64,000 nt of DNA, taken from NCBI GenBank assembly GCA_038087875.1, contig CM075987.1, positions 26,352,001-26,416,000 of the forward strand, in the 5' to 3' direction. The notes under the pieces were generated by a model that saw only the letters and a list, made by a program, of their open reading frames with translations, was not told where the DNA came from and ran no database searches. The translations under genes were made by a program, and so were the position numbers. Source of the stretch: Malacoraja senta. Taxonomy: Eukaryota. Below are positions 52,837-63,714 of this stretch, piece by piece. Positions within the stretch are counted from its first letter, which is position 1; each line of letters begins with the position of its first letter.

Positions 52837-54853
52837 TCTCACCCGCTGAGTTTCTCCAGCATTTTTGTCTACCATCAGTTTTTTTTTCCTACATTTGTGC
52901 ACCTTGACATAAAACAAGTCAGAGGGTGGTGAATCTGTGGAATTCTTTGCCACAGATGGCTGTGGAGGCCAAGTCAGTGGATATTTTTAAGGCAGAGATC
53001 GATAGATTCTTGATTAGTTCGGGTGCCAGGGGTTATGGGGAGAAGGCAGGAGAATGGGGTTAGGAGGGAGAGATAGATCAGCCATGATTGAATGGCGGAG
53101 TAGACGATGGGCTGAATGGCCTAATTCTACTCTGAGAACATATGACCTTATGAACAAAGATCTCAGCAAGCGATGGAGGAGCTTAAAGAGTGATGTAGCT
53201 ATGCAGCAGGTAGTCCTGATGTCCGACATAGACTCATAGAATGATACAGCGTGGAAACAGGCCCTCCGCCCCTACTTGCCCACACCGGCCAACATGTCCC
53301 AGCTACACTAGTCCCACCTGCCTGCATTTGGCCCATATCCCTCCAAACTTGTCCTATCCATGTACATGTCTAACTGTTTCTTAAATGTTGCGATAATCCC
53401 AGCCCCGACTACCTCCTCCGGCAGCTCGATCCATACACCCGCCACCCTTTGTGTGAAAAAGTCACCCCTCAGATTCCTATTAAATCTTCCCCCCTTCAGT
53501 TCCAGCAACCTGGGTTCAACCCTTCTGCTTTCTGTGTGGAGTTTGCATGATCATTTAGGTCTCTGTCAGGTGCTCTGGTTTCTTCCCACATCCCAAAGGA
53601 GTGCTGGCTGAAAAATTAGTTGGCCATTGTAAATTAGTCATAGAGTCATACATTGGGGTGGCACGATGGCGCAGTGGTAGAATCGCTGCCTTCCAACGCC
53701 AGGGTCCCAAATTCGATCCTGACCACAGTGTCTGTCTGTACGGAGTTTGTACGTTCTCCCCGTGACCTGCGAGGGTTTTCTCCGGTTTACTCCCACACTC
53801 CAAAGCGTACACGTTTGTAGGCTAATTGGCTTTGGTAACATTCTAAATTGTCCCTTGTGTGTGTGTGTGTGTGTGTGTGTGTGGGGGATAGCGTTAGTGT
53901 GCAGGTCTGTGGGTTAATTGGCTTCTGTAAATTGCCCCTAGTGGTGTAGGATCGAACTGGTGTACAGTCTGAAGTTTGCACGTTCTCCCCGTGACCGCGG
54001 GGTTTCCCCAGGGTGCAGGTCAAGGGGAGAACGTACAAACTCCGTACAGACAGCACCCGCAGTCGGGATCGAACTCTGGACCCTGGAGCTGTGAGGCAGA
54101 AACTATACCGCTGCGCCACCGTGCCACCCAAGTTGAGTCTGTGATGTTAGGACCTTGGAACAAATAAGAAGCACTCCAGCTCTGAGGGGGCATAGAAACA
54201 TAGAAACATAGATACATAGAAACATAGAAAATAGGTGCAGGAGTAGGCCATTCGGCCCTTCGAGCCTGCACTGCCATTCAATATGATCATGGCTGATCAT
54301 CCAACTCTGTATCCTGTACCTGCCTTCTCTCCATACCCCCTGATCCCTTTAGCCACAAGGGCCACATCTAACTCCCTCTTAAATATAGCCAATGAACTGG
54401 CCTCAACTACCTTCTGTGGCAGAGAATTCCACAGATTCACCACTCTCTGTGTGAAAAATGTTTTTCTCATCTCGGTCCTAAAAGATTTTCCCCTTTATCC
54501 TCAAACTGTGACCCCTTGTCCTGGACTTCCCCAACATCGGGAACAATCTTCCTGCATCTAGCCTGTCCAACCCCTCAAGAATTTTGTAAGTTTCTATAAG
54601 ATCCCCCCTCAATCTTCTAAATTCTTGCGAGTACAAGCCGAGTCGATCCAGTCTTTCCAAGCTGAGTCTATCCGCACAGTCGGAGGTCCAGTTTAGTTTA
54701 GAGATACAGAACGGAAACGGCCCAATGTCAGAAACGGTCAGCATCGAACCCGGGGCCCCGGCGCTGTACGCACTGTGAGGCAGCAACTCTACCGCTGCAC
54801 CACTGTGTAGTTTACAGATAGTGCTTTTCACATCTGCCGCTTGTCTGGCGTAC

Positions 54854-55089
54854 CTGACATTTCAAACTCCTTATAGGCCGTGTTCCAGGACTCGGACAGT
54901 CCGGACAATGTATTCTCCATGATCTGGATGTCGGTGATGGGACAGTTACACTGTTGGAATTCCATCGCACATTGGCAAGCGCACTGGCTGTTCTTACAGA
55001 TGTATTCCCCTCTGCATTGCACATGATGTAGCTCAAGGCCGACTGCACAAACTTCTCCCTCAGGTATTCAGGAAGAACAACCTGGAGAC
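54854..55089 (-). CDS. BRINP1: BRINP1 antepenultimate coding exon ([41 protein letters not shown]...AYKEFEMS), with an apparent 1-bp deletion at 55007-55010
   Basis: Two ORF-track frames (54812-55285 and 54828-55022) each carry half of the BRINP1 segment. Acceptor cactcttgcAG|GT at 55091-55090; donor TCAG|GTACGC at 54853-54852. Length is 236, one short of a phase-1/phase-1 multiple of three. Confidence 0.93.
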
Positions 55090-55193
55090 CTGCAAGAGTG
55101 GAATGAAAGAAAAAAGACAATTGTTTTGCTCTGTTGTCACTGGAATATAAATGAACATCACCTTTGCCGAGGAAGGCCCTGCAGAAGAACTGT

Positions 55194-55283
55194 CTGAAGA
55201 AGGGTCTCGACCCGAAACATGTGTCTGAAGAAGGGTCTCGATCTGAAACGTGTGTCTGAAGAAGGGTCTCGACCCGAAACGTC
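55194..55283 (+). ncRNA. Three tandem (31-bp period) hammerhead-core copies at a PLE end
   Basis: CTGAAGAAGGGTCTCGA(C/T)C(C/T)GAAAC starts at 55194, 55225 and 55256; only the third copy keeps the GTC cleavage triplet. Confidence 0.6.
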
Positions 55284-55445
55284 ACCCATTCCTTTTCTAC
55301 AGAGATGCTGCCTGTCCCGCTGAGTTACTCCAACATTTTGTGTCTATCCAATGAACTGCAAATGCTGGTTTAAAACCAAAGATAGACACAAAACGCTGGA
55401 GTAACTCAGCGGGACAGGCAGCATCTCTGGAGAAAAGGAATAGGT

Positions 55446-55473
55446 GACGTTTCGGGTCGAGACCCTTCTTCAG
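55446..55473 (-). ncRNA. Minimal hammerhead motif, sense to the BRINP1 pre-mRNA (other intact intronic minus-strand copies at 46087-46114 and 58436-58463)
   Basis: Reverse complement reads CTGAAGA-A-GGGTC-TC-GACCC-GAAA-CGTC. Confidence 0.6.
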
Positions 55474-56327
55474 ACTGAGACCTGACTCTCTGTCAGAAGA
55501 AGGGTCCCGACCCGAAACCTCACCTATTCCTTTTCTCCAGAGATGCTGCCTGTCCCGTTGTGTTACTCCAGCTTTACATGTCTATCTTCAGAACATTGCC
55601 TTCATCAAGCTGAAAACAATATATCAGCTAGTTAGAGACGAGAGAGCCTGGGACTAGAGGTCAGAGCCTCAGAATTGGAAGAACGTTTCTTTGGGAAGGA
55701 GATGAGAGGTAATTTCTTTAGTCAATCTGTGGAATTCATTGCCACAGAAGGCTGTGGAGGCCAAGTCAATGGATATTTTTAAGGCAGACATGGACAGATT
55801 CTTGATTAGTGTGGGTGTCAAGAGTTATAGGGAGAAGGCGGGAGAATGGGGTTAGGAGGCAGAGATAGATCAGCCATGATTGACTGGCGGGTAGACTTGA
55901 TGGGCCGAATGGCCTAATTTTGCTCCTGTCACTTGTGAATTCATGACCTTAACACTTGGGTTCTTCAAGATAATTTAGCTCCCCCCAAAACATCAAATAT
56001 TTTAGAAATAAGTTGATTTTGACATAAAGTTCTGGAGTAACTCAGTGGGTCAGTTCAGTTTATTGTCACGTGTACCAAGTTACAGTAAAAAGCTTTTGTT
56101 GCGTGCTAACCAGTCAGCAGAAAGACAATACATGATCACAAATGAGCCATACACAGTGTTTAGATACATGATAAGGGAATAACGTTTAATTCAAGCTAAA
56201 GCCAGTAAACAAAGAAACATAGAAAATAGGTCTAGCAGTAGGCCATTCGGCCCTTCAAGCCAGCGCCGATCATCCAAATCAGTAACCCGTTCCTGCTTTT
56301 TCCCCATGTTTTATGTGTCATTCCTAA

Positions 56328-56651
56328 TAGCCCTGTCCCACGGTACAAGTTCATTCCAAGAGCTCTCCCGAGTTTGCCCTGATTCGAACTCGGAGATTTA
56401 CGGTAATGGCCACTCGTCGGTACTCGGGGCTCTCGTCGACATTTTTCAACATTTTTCAACGAGTCTTCCCGTGCTTACCTGCCGCAAGCGAGTCTTGCCG
56501 AGTACCTGCCGTTAGCGTTACGAGCCGCTAAGAGACGTCCCCGAGCTCCGACTTACCCGCTACGTCATTCTCCGTGCTTACCACGAGTTTGATTTATTTT
56601 TAAAACTCGGGAGAGCTTCTTGGAATGAACTCGTACAGTGGGACAGGCCTT
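56328..56651. mobile_element. Harbinger-type MITE, family A copy 3 (inverted)
   Basis: Perfect TAA TSD; reverse complement of 2859-3188. Confidence 0.82.
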
Positions 56652-58372
56652 TAACTGTCACTGTATGTCATGTTATCACTTGCGGGCGGAGCAACAAGGC
56701 AAATTCCTTGTATGTGAATACTTGGCCAATAAACCTATTCATTCATTCATTCACTCATTCATTCATATCTCTTGATTCCGTTAGCCCTAAGAGTTAAATC
56801 TAACTCTCTCTTGAAAACATCCAGTAAAGCCAGGGTCAGGCTGGATCTCTGGGAGAACATGGATAGGTGACGTTTAGATACCTCTAAAAAATCACCTCTC
56901 ATCTTTCTGTGCTCCAAGTAAATAGAGTCTGATCCTGCTCCACCTCAGGTCCTCGAGTCCTGGCAACATCTTCATGAACCTTCTCTCTAGCATTTCCTGC
57001 TTGACATCCTTGCTATTACAATCTTTCCTATATTATCCCTTATATAGTTTCATGGTCAACTGGAATGAGTTCACAACTTCACAAATTCTAGGGACAGAAT
57101 TAGGCCATTCGGCCCATCAAGTCTACTGTGCCCTTCAATCGTGGCTGATCTATCTTTCCCTCTCAACCCCATTCTCCCCGTATCCCCTGACACCCGTACT
57201 AATTTCAATTTCCCTCCTGGGATAAATAAAGTCAGATTGTATAATATTGTATCGTAATCAAGAATCTGGCAATCTCCGCCTTAAAAATATCCATTGGCTT
57301 GGCCTCCACAGCCTTCTGTGGCAAAGAATTCCACAGATTCACCACCCTCTGACTAAAGAAATTCCTCCTCGTCTCCTTCCTAAAGGTATGAGTCCGTTGA
57401 AAGTATTGATCCAGTGAAGAAGGGTCTCGACCCGAAACGTCACCCATTCCTTCTCTCCAGAGATGCTGCCTGGCCCGCTGAGTTACTCCAGCTTTTTTGT
57501 GATTTAGATACAGCAGTTAAAGCGATGCAGGATGACATTGTAAATGGATGAGAACAAATGGCTGAAGGGCTAAACTATCTACTTATATCTCTTGATATAA
57601 AAAAAACAAAAGAGCTAATCGTGAATGACAGCGTTATCAAGTCGAAGTAGCAAAAGAGAATGTTGATCCATGGAGCTGATATCCTCAGATAGAAATTGAT
57701 CCAATTAATACTCGTGGAAAAAAGGGATCACACTAGGAACATTATCAGAAACAATCAGAGAAACATAACTAAGACAGGGGTTGACATCTTAGCTTTAGGA
57801 TACCATGTTGCTCTTGTTCTCAGTTTAGTAGGTGAGCGATTTATTCACATTCAGGATGTACTTGATTTGGCACTTGTCCTCAGTCAATTTAGTTTAGATT
57901 AGTTGAGAGATACAGCGAGGAAACAGGCCCTTCGGCCCACAGAGTCCATGCTGACCAGCGATCCTCGCACTTTAACGCTACCCTACACACACTAGGGACA
58001 ATTTACATTCACACCAAACCAATTAGCCTGCAGACGTGGAGGTGGGGAGGAAACCGGAGATCCTGGAGAAAACCCATGCTGTCACGGGGAGAACGTGCAA
58101 ACTCTACACAGACAGCGCCCCTAGTCAGGATCGAACTGGGGTATCTGGCGTTGGAAGGCAGCAGCTCTACCGCTGCGCCACCGTGCTGCCTTGAGAAAAG
58201 GGGACTTAAAATGCAATTAGCTGTTGGGGGGCCAGGCTGAATGAGCTCCTTCAGGGGCACATCGGTCTCCAATGCCAGTCCTCAGTGAGAGGGTCGCACA
58301 ATGCAGTCAGACTATGCCTCTCCCATCTCCCATACAGGAATGCTGCTGTTTAGCACAAAAACCAATTGTAGC

Positions 58373-58765
58373 TACACAAAAATGCTGGAGAAACTCAGCA
58401 GGTGCAGCAGCATCTATGGAGCGAAGGAAATAGGTAACGTTTCGGGCCGAAACCCTTCTTCAGACTGATAGGGGGTGGGGAGAAGAAAGGAAAAAAGGAA
58501 AAAAGGCGGAGGAGGAGCCCGAGGGCTGGGGGAGGGGAGGAGACAACCAGATGGCTGATGAAGGGGAGGGGACAGCAAAGGCTAGCAGAGTTGGGAGAAT
58601 TCAATGTTCAAGCCCCCAGGATGTAGACTGCCCAAGCGGAATATGAGGTGCATTTCCTCCAATTTCCGGTGTTGCTCGCTGTGGCCATGGAGGAGACCCA
58701 GGACAGAGAGGTCAGATACGGAATGGGAGCCGTCTCTACCAATATAAGCCGTCTCTACCGTCTCT
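58373..58765 (-). mobile_element. Penelope-like element 3' fragment (GIY-YIG C-terminus plus hammerhead tail)
   Basis: SHSVSDLSVLGLLHGHSEQHRKLEEMHLIFRLGSLHPGGLNIEFS; 12-bp TSD accaattgtagc (58361-58372 / 58766-58777). Confidence 0.88.
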
Positions 58766-60593
58766 ACCAATTGTAGCCATCTCTAGGGCAGGCCAGCCAG
58801 CATGATCCATAACCACAACTATCTGCATATGGACACAAAATGCTGGAGTAACTCAGCGGGTCAGGCAGCACCTCTTATAATATACACCTCCATAAAATCA
58901 CCCGTCATCCTCCTATGCTCTAAGGGAATCAAGTCCTAGCTTGGCCAATCTCGCCCTACAGCTAGGGACCATCAAGCCCTAGCAACAGCCTCACTGTCTG
59001 AAGAAGGGTCTCGACCCGAAACATCAAGCTATTCATTTTCTCCAGAGATGCTGCCTGACCCGCTGAGTTTGAAGAAGGGTCTCGACCCGAAACATCAGCT
59101 ATTCATTTTCTCCAGAGATGCTGCCTGACCCGCTGAGTTACTCCAGCGTCCAGCATTTTGTGTCTAGCATCCTCGTAAATCTTGATTAAACTGTTTATAA
59201 TTAACTGAGGAATTGTTTCCACCGCCCAATACAGAACAGGAAAAAAAAGAATCTTTACAAGCAACCTCTGGCTGAATGGTAAAAATTTATGTAACTTAAG
59301 GTGCAGTGGTAGAGTTGCTGCCTCACAGCGCCAGAGACCCGGGTTCGATCCTGACTACGGGTGCTGTCTGTACGGAGTTTGTACGCTCTCCCCGTGACCT
59401 GCGTGGGTTTTCTCCGGGTGCCCCGGTTTCCTCCCACGCTCCAAAGACGCGCAAGTTTGAGGTTTACTTGGCCTCTGTGGGATGCAAGCAGAAGCCTCCA
59501 CGTGGGGCATCCCGGGCAATGCTGACCACAGGAACTGCACCACAGTGACTGACTGAAGTAGCCAATTCTGCAACCACCGACCGTCAACCGTCACCACTGA
59601 CCGACCGGAAAGACGTGGCATAGAAGATGGCCGGACACGAGGAAGAAGAAGTGTTAAAGAAGGAACTGCAGATGCTGGAAAATCGAAAGTACACAAAAAT
59701 GCTGGAGAAACTCAGCGGGTGCAGCAGCATCTATGGAACGAAGGAAATAGGCAACGTTTCGGGCCCGAAACCCTTCTGGAAATAGGCAACGTTTCGGGCC
59801 GAAACCCTTCCGGGTTTCGGACCCGAAACGTTGCCTATTTCCTTCGCTCCATAGATGCTGCTGCACCCGCTGAGTTTCTCCAGCATTTTTGTGTACCTAC
59901 GAGGAAGAAGAACTTGGCCTCTGTAAAATTGTCCCCAGTGTGTAGGATCGAACTAGTGTACAGGTGATTGCTGGTCGGCGTGGACTCGGTGGGCCGAAGG
60001 GCCTGTTTCCAGGCTGTACCACTAAAACTACCACTCCAGTTTTATCCCCCGGCACATTTCGTTGGAATTGATTTAAGCGGCAGAAACAGAATGCTCAGTA
60101 AACAGCATAAAATGCTGCAAAGTAGTTCAGTTTCAAACCACATCATCGATAGTTACGCCAATTTCTGCAGCATTTCTCGGCTCTCCGGAGGCTGGATAAT
60201 CTGAAAATAGATTAGGTCTTGCAAAAATGCTGAAAAATCACCTAAGGGACTGATAATGTGGAGGTCCTGCTTCCACGGACTGAGCCCTTAATGCTCGGTG
60301 AGAGAAAGACTCTGGCTATAATTGGATACGAGTGTAGTGATTAGTGTAGGACTTCACACTACAGGGAAACACAGCACTCAGCATAATAGGGGTGGGAAGG
60401 GATTCAAATCCAGCTATCAGGCACAATGCCCCTGTTACTTCTCGTAGACTTAATGTCAGTTTCTTGCTAACTGTGCAACTATTGCCTCATGGAGACCTCC
60501 CAGACTATGGTACTGCGAGCGATTGTTTTGAAGAAAAAGGGGAACACAGAGAAGGCTGAATGAACCAGCCTTATAAAGGCCATTGGGGATCAT

Positions 60594-61015
60594 GACAATA
60601 GACAATAGGTGCAGGAGTAGGCCATTTGGCCCTTCGAACCAGCATCGCCATTCAATGTGATCATGGCTGATCATCCCCAATCAGTACCCTGTTCCTGCCT
60701 TCTCCCCATATCCCCTGACTCCGCTATTTTTAAGAGCCCTATCTAGCTCTCTCTTGAAAGTATCCAGAGAACCTGCCTCCACCGCCCTCTGAGGCAGAGA
60801 ATTCCACAGACTCACCACTCTCTGTGAGAAAAAGTGTTTCCTCGTCTCCGTTCTAAATGGCTTACCCCTTATTCTTAAACTGCGTCCCCTGGTTCTGGAC
60901 TCCCCCAACATCGGGAACATGTTTCCTGCCTCTAGCGTGTCCAAGCCCTTAACAATCTTATATGTTTCAATGAGATTCCCTCTCATCCTTCTAAACTCCA
61001 GAGTGTACAAGCCCA
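60594..61015 (-). mobile_element. CR1 LINE 3' end with open reading frame (similar copies at 51322-51665 +, 54192-54660 -, 62845-63175 +)
   Basis: LGLYTLEFRRMRGNLIETYKIVKGLD...RVVSLWNSLPQRAVEA...FKRELDRAL. Confidence 0.9.
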
Positions 61016-62124
61016 GAAGCCTCCTCGTGGCGAACCATGGAAGTGACGGCACGATTGCATTCTGTGATGCATCGGGCAACAATTCTGTCAACATGTTGGA
61101 TGGCGACAGAAGCCAACAGCGGGTCTGATACACGAGCGAAGGATAAAGGGCATTGCAAAATAAGTCAAAGGAGAATTAGGCCATTCGGCCCATCAAGTCT
61201 ACTCCGCCATTCTATCATGGCTGATCTATCTCTCCCTCCTAACCCCATTCTCCTGCCTTCTCCTGACACCCGCACTAATCAAGAAGCTGTCTATCTCTGC
61301 CTTAAAAATATCCACTGACTTGGCCTCCACAGCCTTCTGTGGCCATGAATTCCACAGATTCACCACCCTCCGACTAAAGATTATTTTCAATGATAAACTA
61401 AACTAATGAAAGGTAACACAGAATAGGCTGAATGAACCAGCCTTTGAAAGGGCATTGCAATATAATTTTGCAAACTGGGCATACATTTGATTCTATCTCC
61501 CTTTGAGGCAGTGCATTTCCGTTCGTCTCTCGTTAGAACTCACTGCATACCATGGACAGCATGGTGGCGCAGAGGGAGAGTTACTGCCTTAAAGCGCCAG
61601 AAATCCAGGTTCGATCCTGACTATGGGTGCTGTCTGTATGGAGTTTGTACGTTCTCCCTGTGACCTGTGTGGGGTTTTCTCCGAAGACGTACATGTTTGC
61701 AGGCTAATCGGCTGTGGTATAATTGTAAATTGTCCAAGGTGTGTCGTAGAGATAGTGTTAGCGTGCGGGGATCGGTGTGTACTCGGTGGGCCGAAGGGCC
61801 TGTTTCCGTGCTGTATCTCTAAACTAAACTAAAGAAGGGGAACATGGAAAAGGCTGAATGAACCAGATTTTTAAAGGGCATTGCAATATTATTTTGCAAA
61901 CTATGAATAAACTATGAATAAAGTTCATTCTATCTCCCTTCAGGCAGTGCATTCCCTTCATCTCTTGTGAGAACTGACTGGATAAAATGTTTCTCATTAT
62001 CTATGCACTACTTTTGGCATTTCTCTTCAATCCCTGATCACCCATCTCTCACCATAAATTAATCAGTTCTTTGCAGAATGTCAGCACCAGTGTTCAATCT
62101 TCTCTACTCTAAATATGGTCTAGT

Positions 62125-62610
62125 GGCGGGATATCCAAGATGCTAAAAGTCAAGCTCTTCCAGTCCGTAGTCCTTCTCTACAGCCCTCTGTGCCAGTGAG
62201 ACGTGGAAAATCAATCTGAAGATGAAAAATAAATTGGACGCATCCCAACAACGCTGCTTGAGGAGGATCCTGAAGACTAGCGACAGAGACCACATCGCAA
62301 ACGAGGAGATCTACCGGGAAACTGCAACAAAGCCTCTCAGCCAGGACATAGAGGGACGCAGGATGAAATCTGCAGAACGTGTACTCAGAATGTCACCAGA
62401 TCGTGCGCCTAAGATAGCAATGACCTGGCGACCTGACGGAAGAAGGAAAAGAGGCCGACCAAAACTCACATGGAGGCGAACATTCCAGAAGGATTTGGAA
62501 GCCCGGGACGCTAACCTATCGAGGATGGAAGACGTCGCACATGACCGAACAGAATGGCGAGAGCTTGCTGCTCAATGTACTCAGTGTGGGAGGAACTAAG
62601 TCTAAGCAAG
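62125..62610 (+). mobile_element. RTE-clade LINE 3' end
   Basis: KLDASQQRCLRRIL...EEIY...GRRKRGRPKLTWRRT...AHDRTEWRELAA; tail aggaactaagtctaag. Confidence 0.88.
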
Positions 62611-63714
62611 TCTGCTGTATGAAACAGTTACTTTCCCCTCCGTGACCTGCGTGGGTTTTCTCCGAGATCATCGGTTTCCTGCCACACTCCAAAGATGTAC
62701 AGCTTTGCAGGTCGATTGGCTTGGGGTTGTATACTTGTAAGTTGTCCCTAGTGTGTGTAGGATAGTGTCAATGTGCAGGGATCACTGGTCGGTGCGGACT
62801 CGGTGGGCCGAAGGGCCGGATCTCCGCGCTGAATCTCTAAAATCATGTTCCCGATGTTGGGGGGAGTCCAGAACCAGGGGCCACAGTTTAAGAATAAGGG
62901 GTAAGCCATTTAGAACGGAGACGAGGAAACACTTTTTCTCACAGGGAGTTGTGAGTCTGTGGAATTCTCTGCCTCAGAGGGCGGTGGAGGCAGGTTCTCT
63001 GGATGCTTTCAAGAGAGAGCTGGATAGGGCTCTTAAAGATAGCGGAGTCAGGGGATATGGGGAGAAGGCAGGAACGGGGTACTGATTGGGGATGATCAGC
63101 CACGATCACATTGAATGGCGGTGCTGGCTCGAAACGCTGAATGGCCTACTCCTGCACCTATTGTCCATTGTCTATAAAACTAAAGTTGAAACATCCTCTG
63201 CACATCCACTCTATTCAGGCCTTTCATGATTCGACACTGCTATACTTCTTCAGGTCATTTATATACAGACCTCGTGGCATAAACATCTAAACCTCACTTC
63301 ATCATTTTAATTGAAATATCCATCACAAGTTGAGAGCCTCTTAGCTAATTGAATGCAAGAGCGGTGTTATTAAGTCTTGTTTTTCCAATGCCCAAACATT
63401 AACAAATTAGACGCTGGCCTTTTAAACAACCTCTCATCAATTCTGCAGTCATGGCACAATTACCAGGATAGAAGTGAATTTGAAAGGGGTTCAAGGAATA
63501 ATAACTATCGTCTATTTTTGGATAAGCTTTGGATGATGGAGTGTGAAATTTTATCCGTTCTCCATTCCTGTCCGTGATTCTAATTAGGGAACAAACCCTA
63601 CTGCCTTCTTTATGCTATTTTGTAATTTAAAATTCCTTCAGGATACTAATTGTATGCCAAGCAGGATCCTGAACGACGATAAGCTGGAGTGACTCAGCGG
63701 GACAGGCAGCGTCC

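Noticed and set aside
55194..55283. CRISPR-like short palindromic repeats
   Set aside because: No unique spacers, no cas genes and a eukaryotic context; these are tandem PLE hammerhead units.
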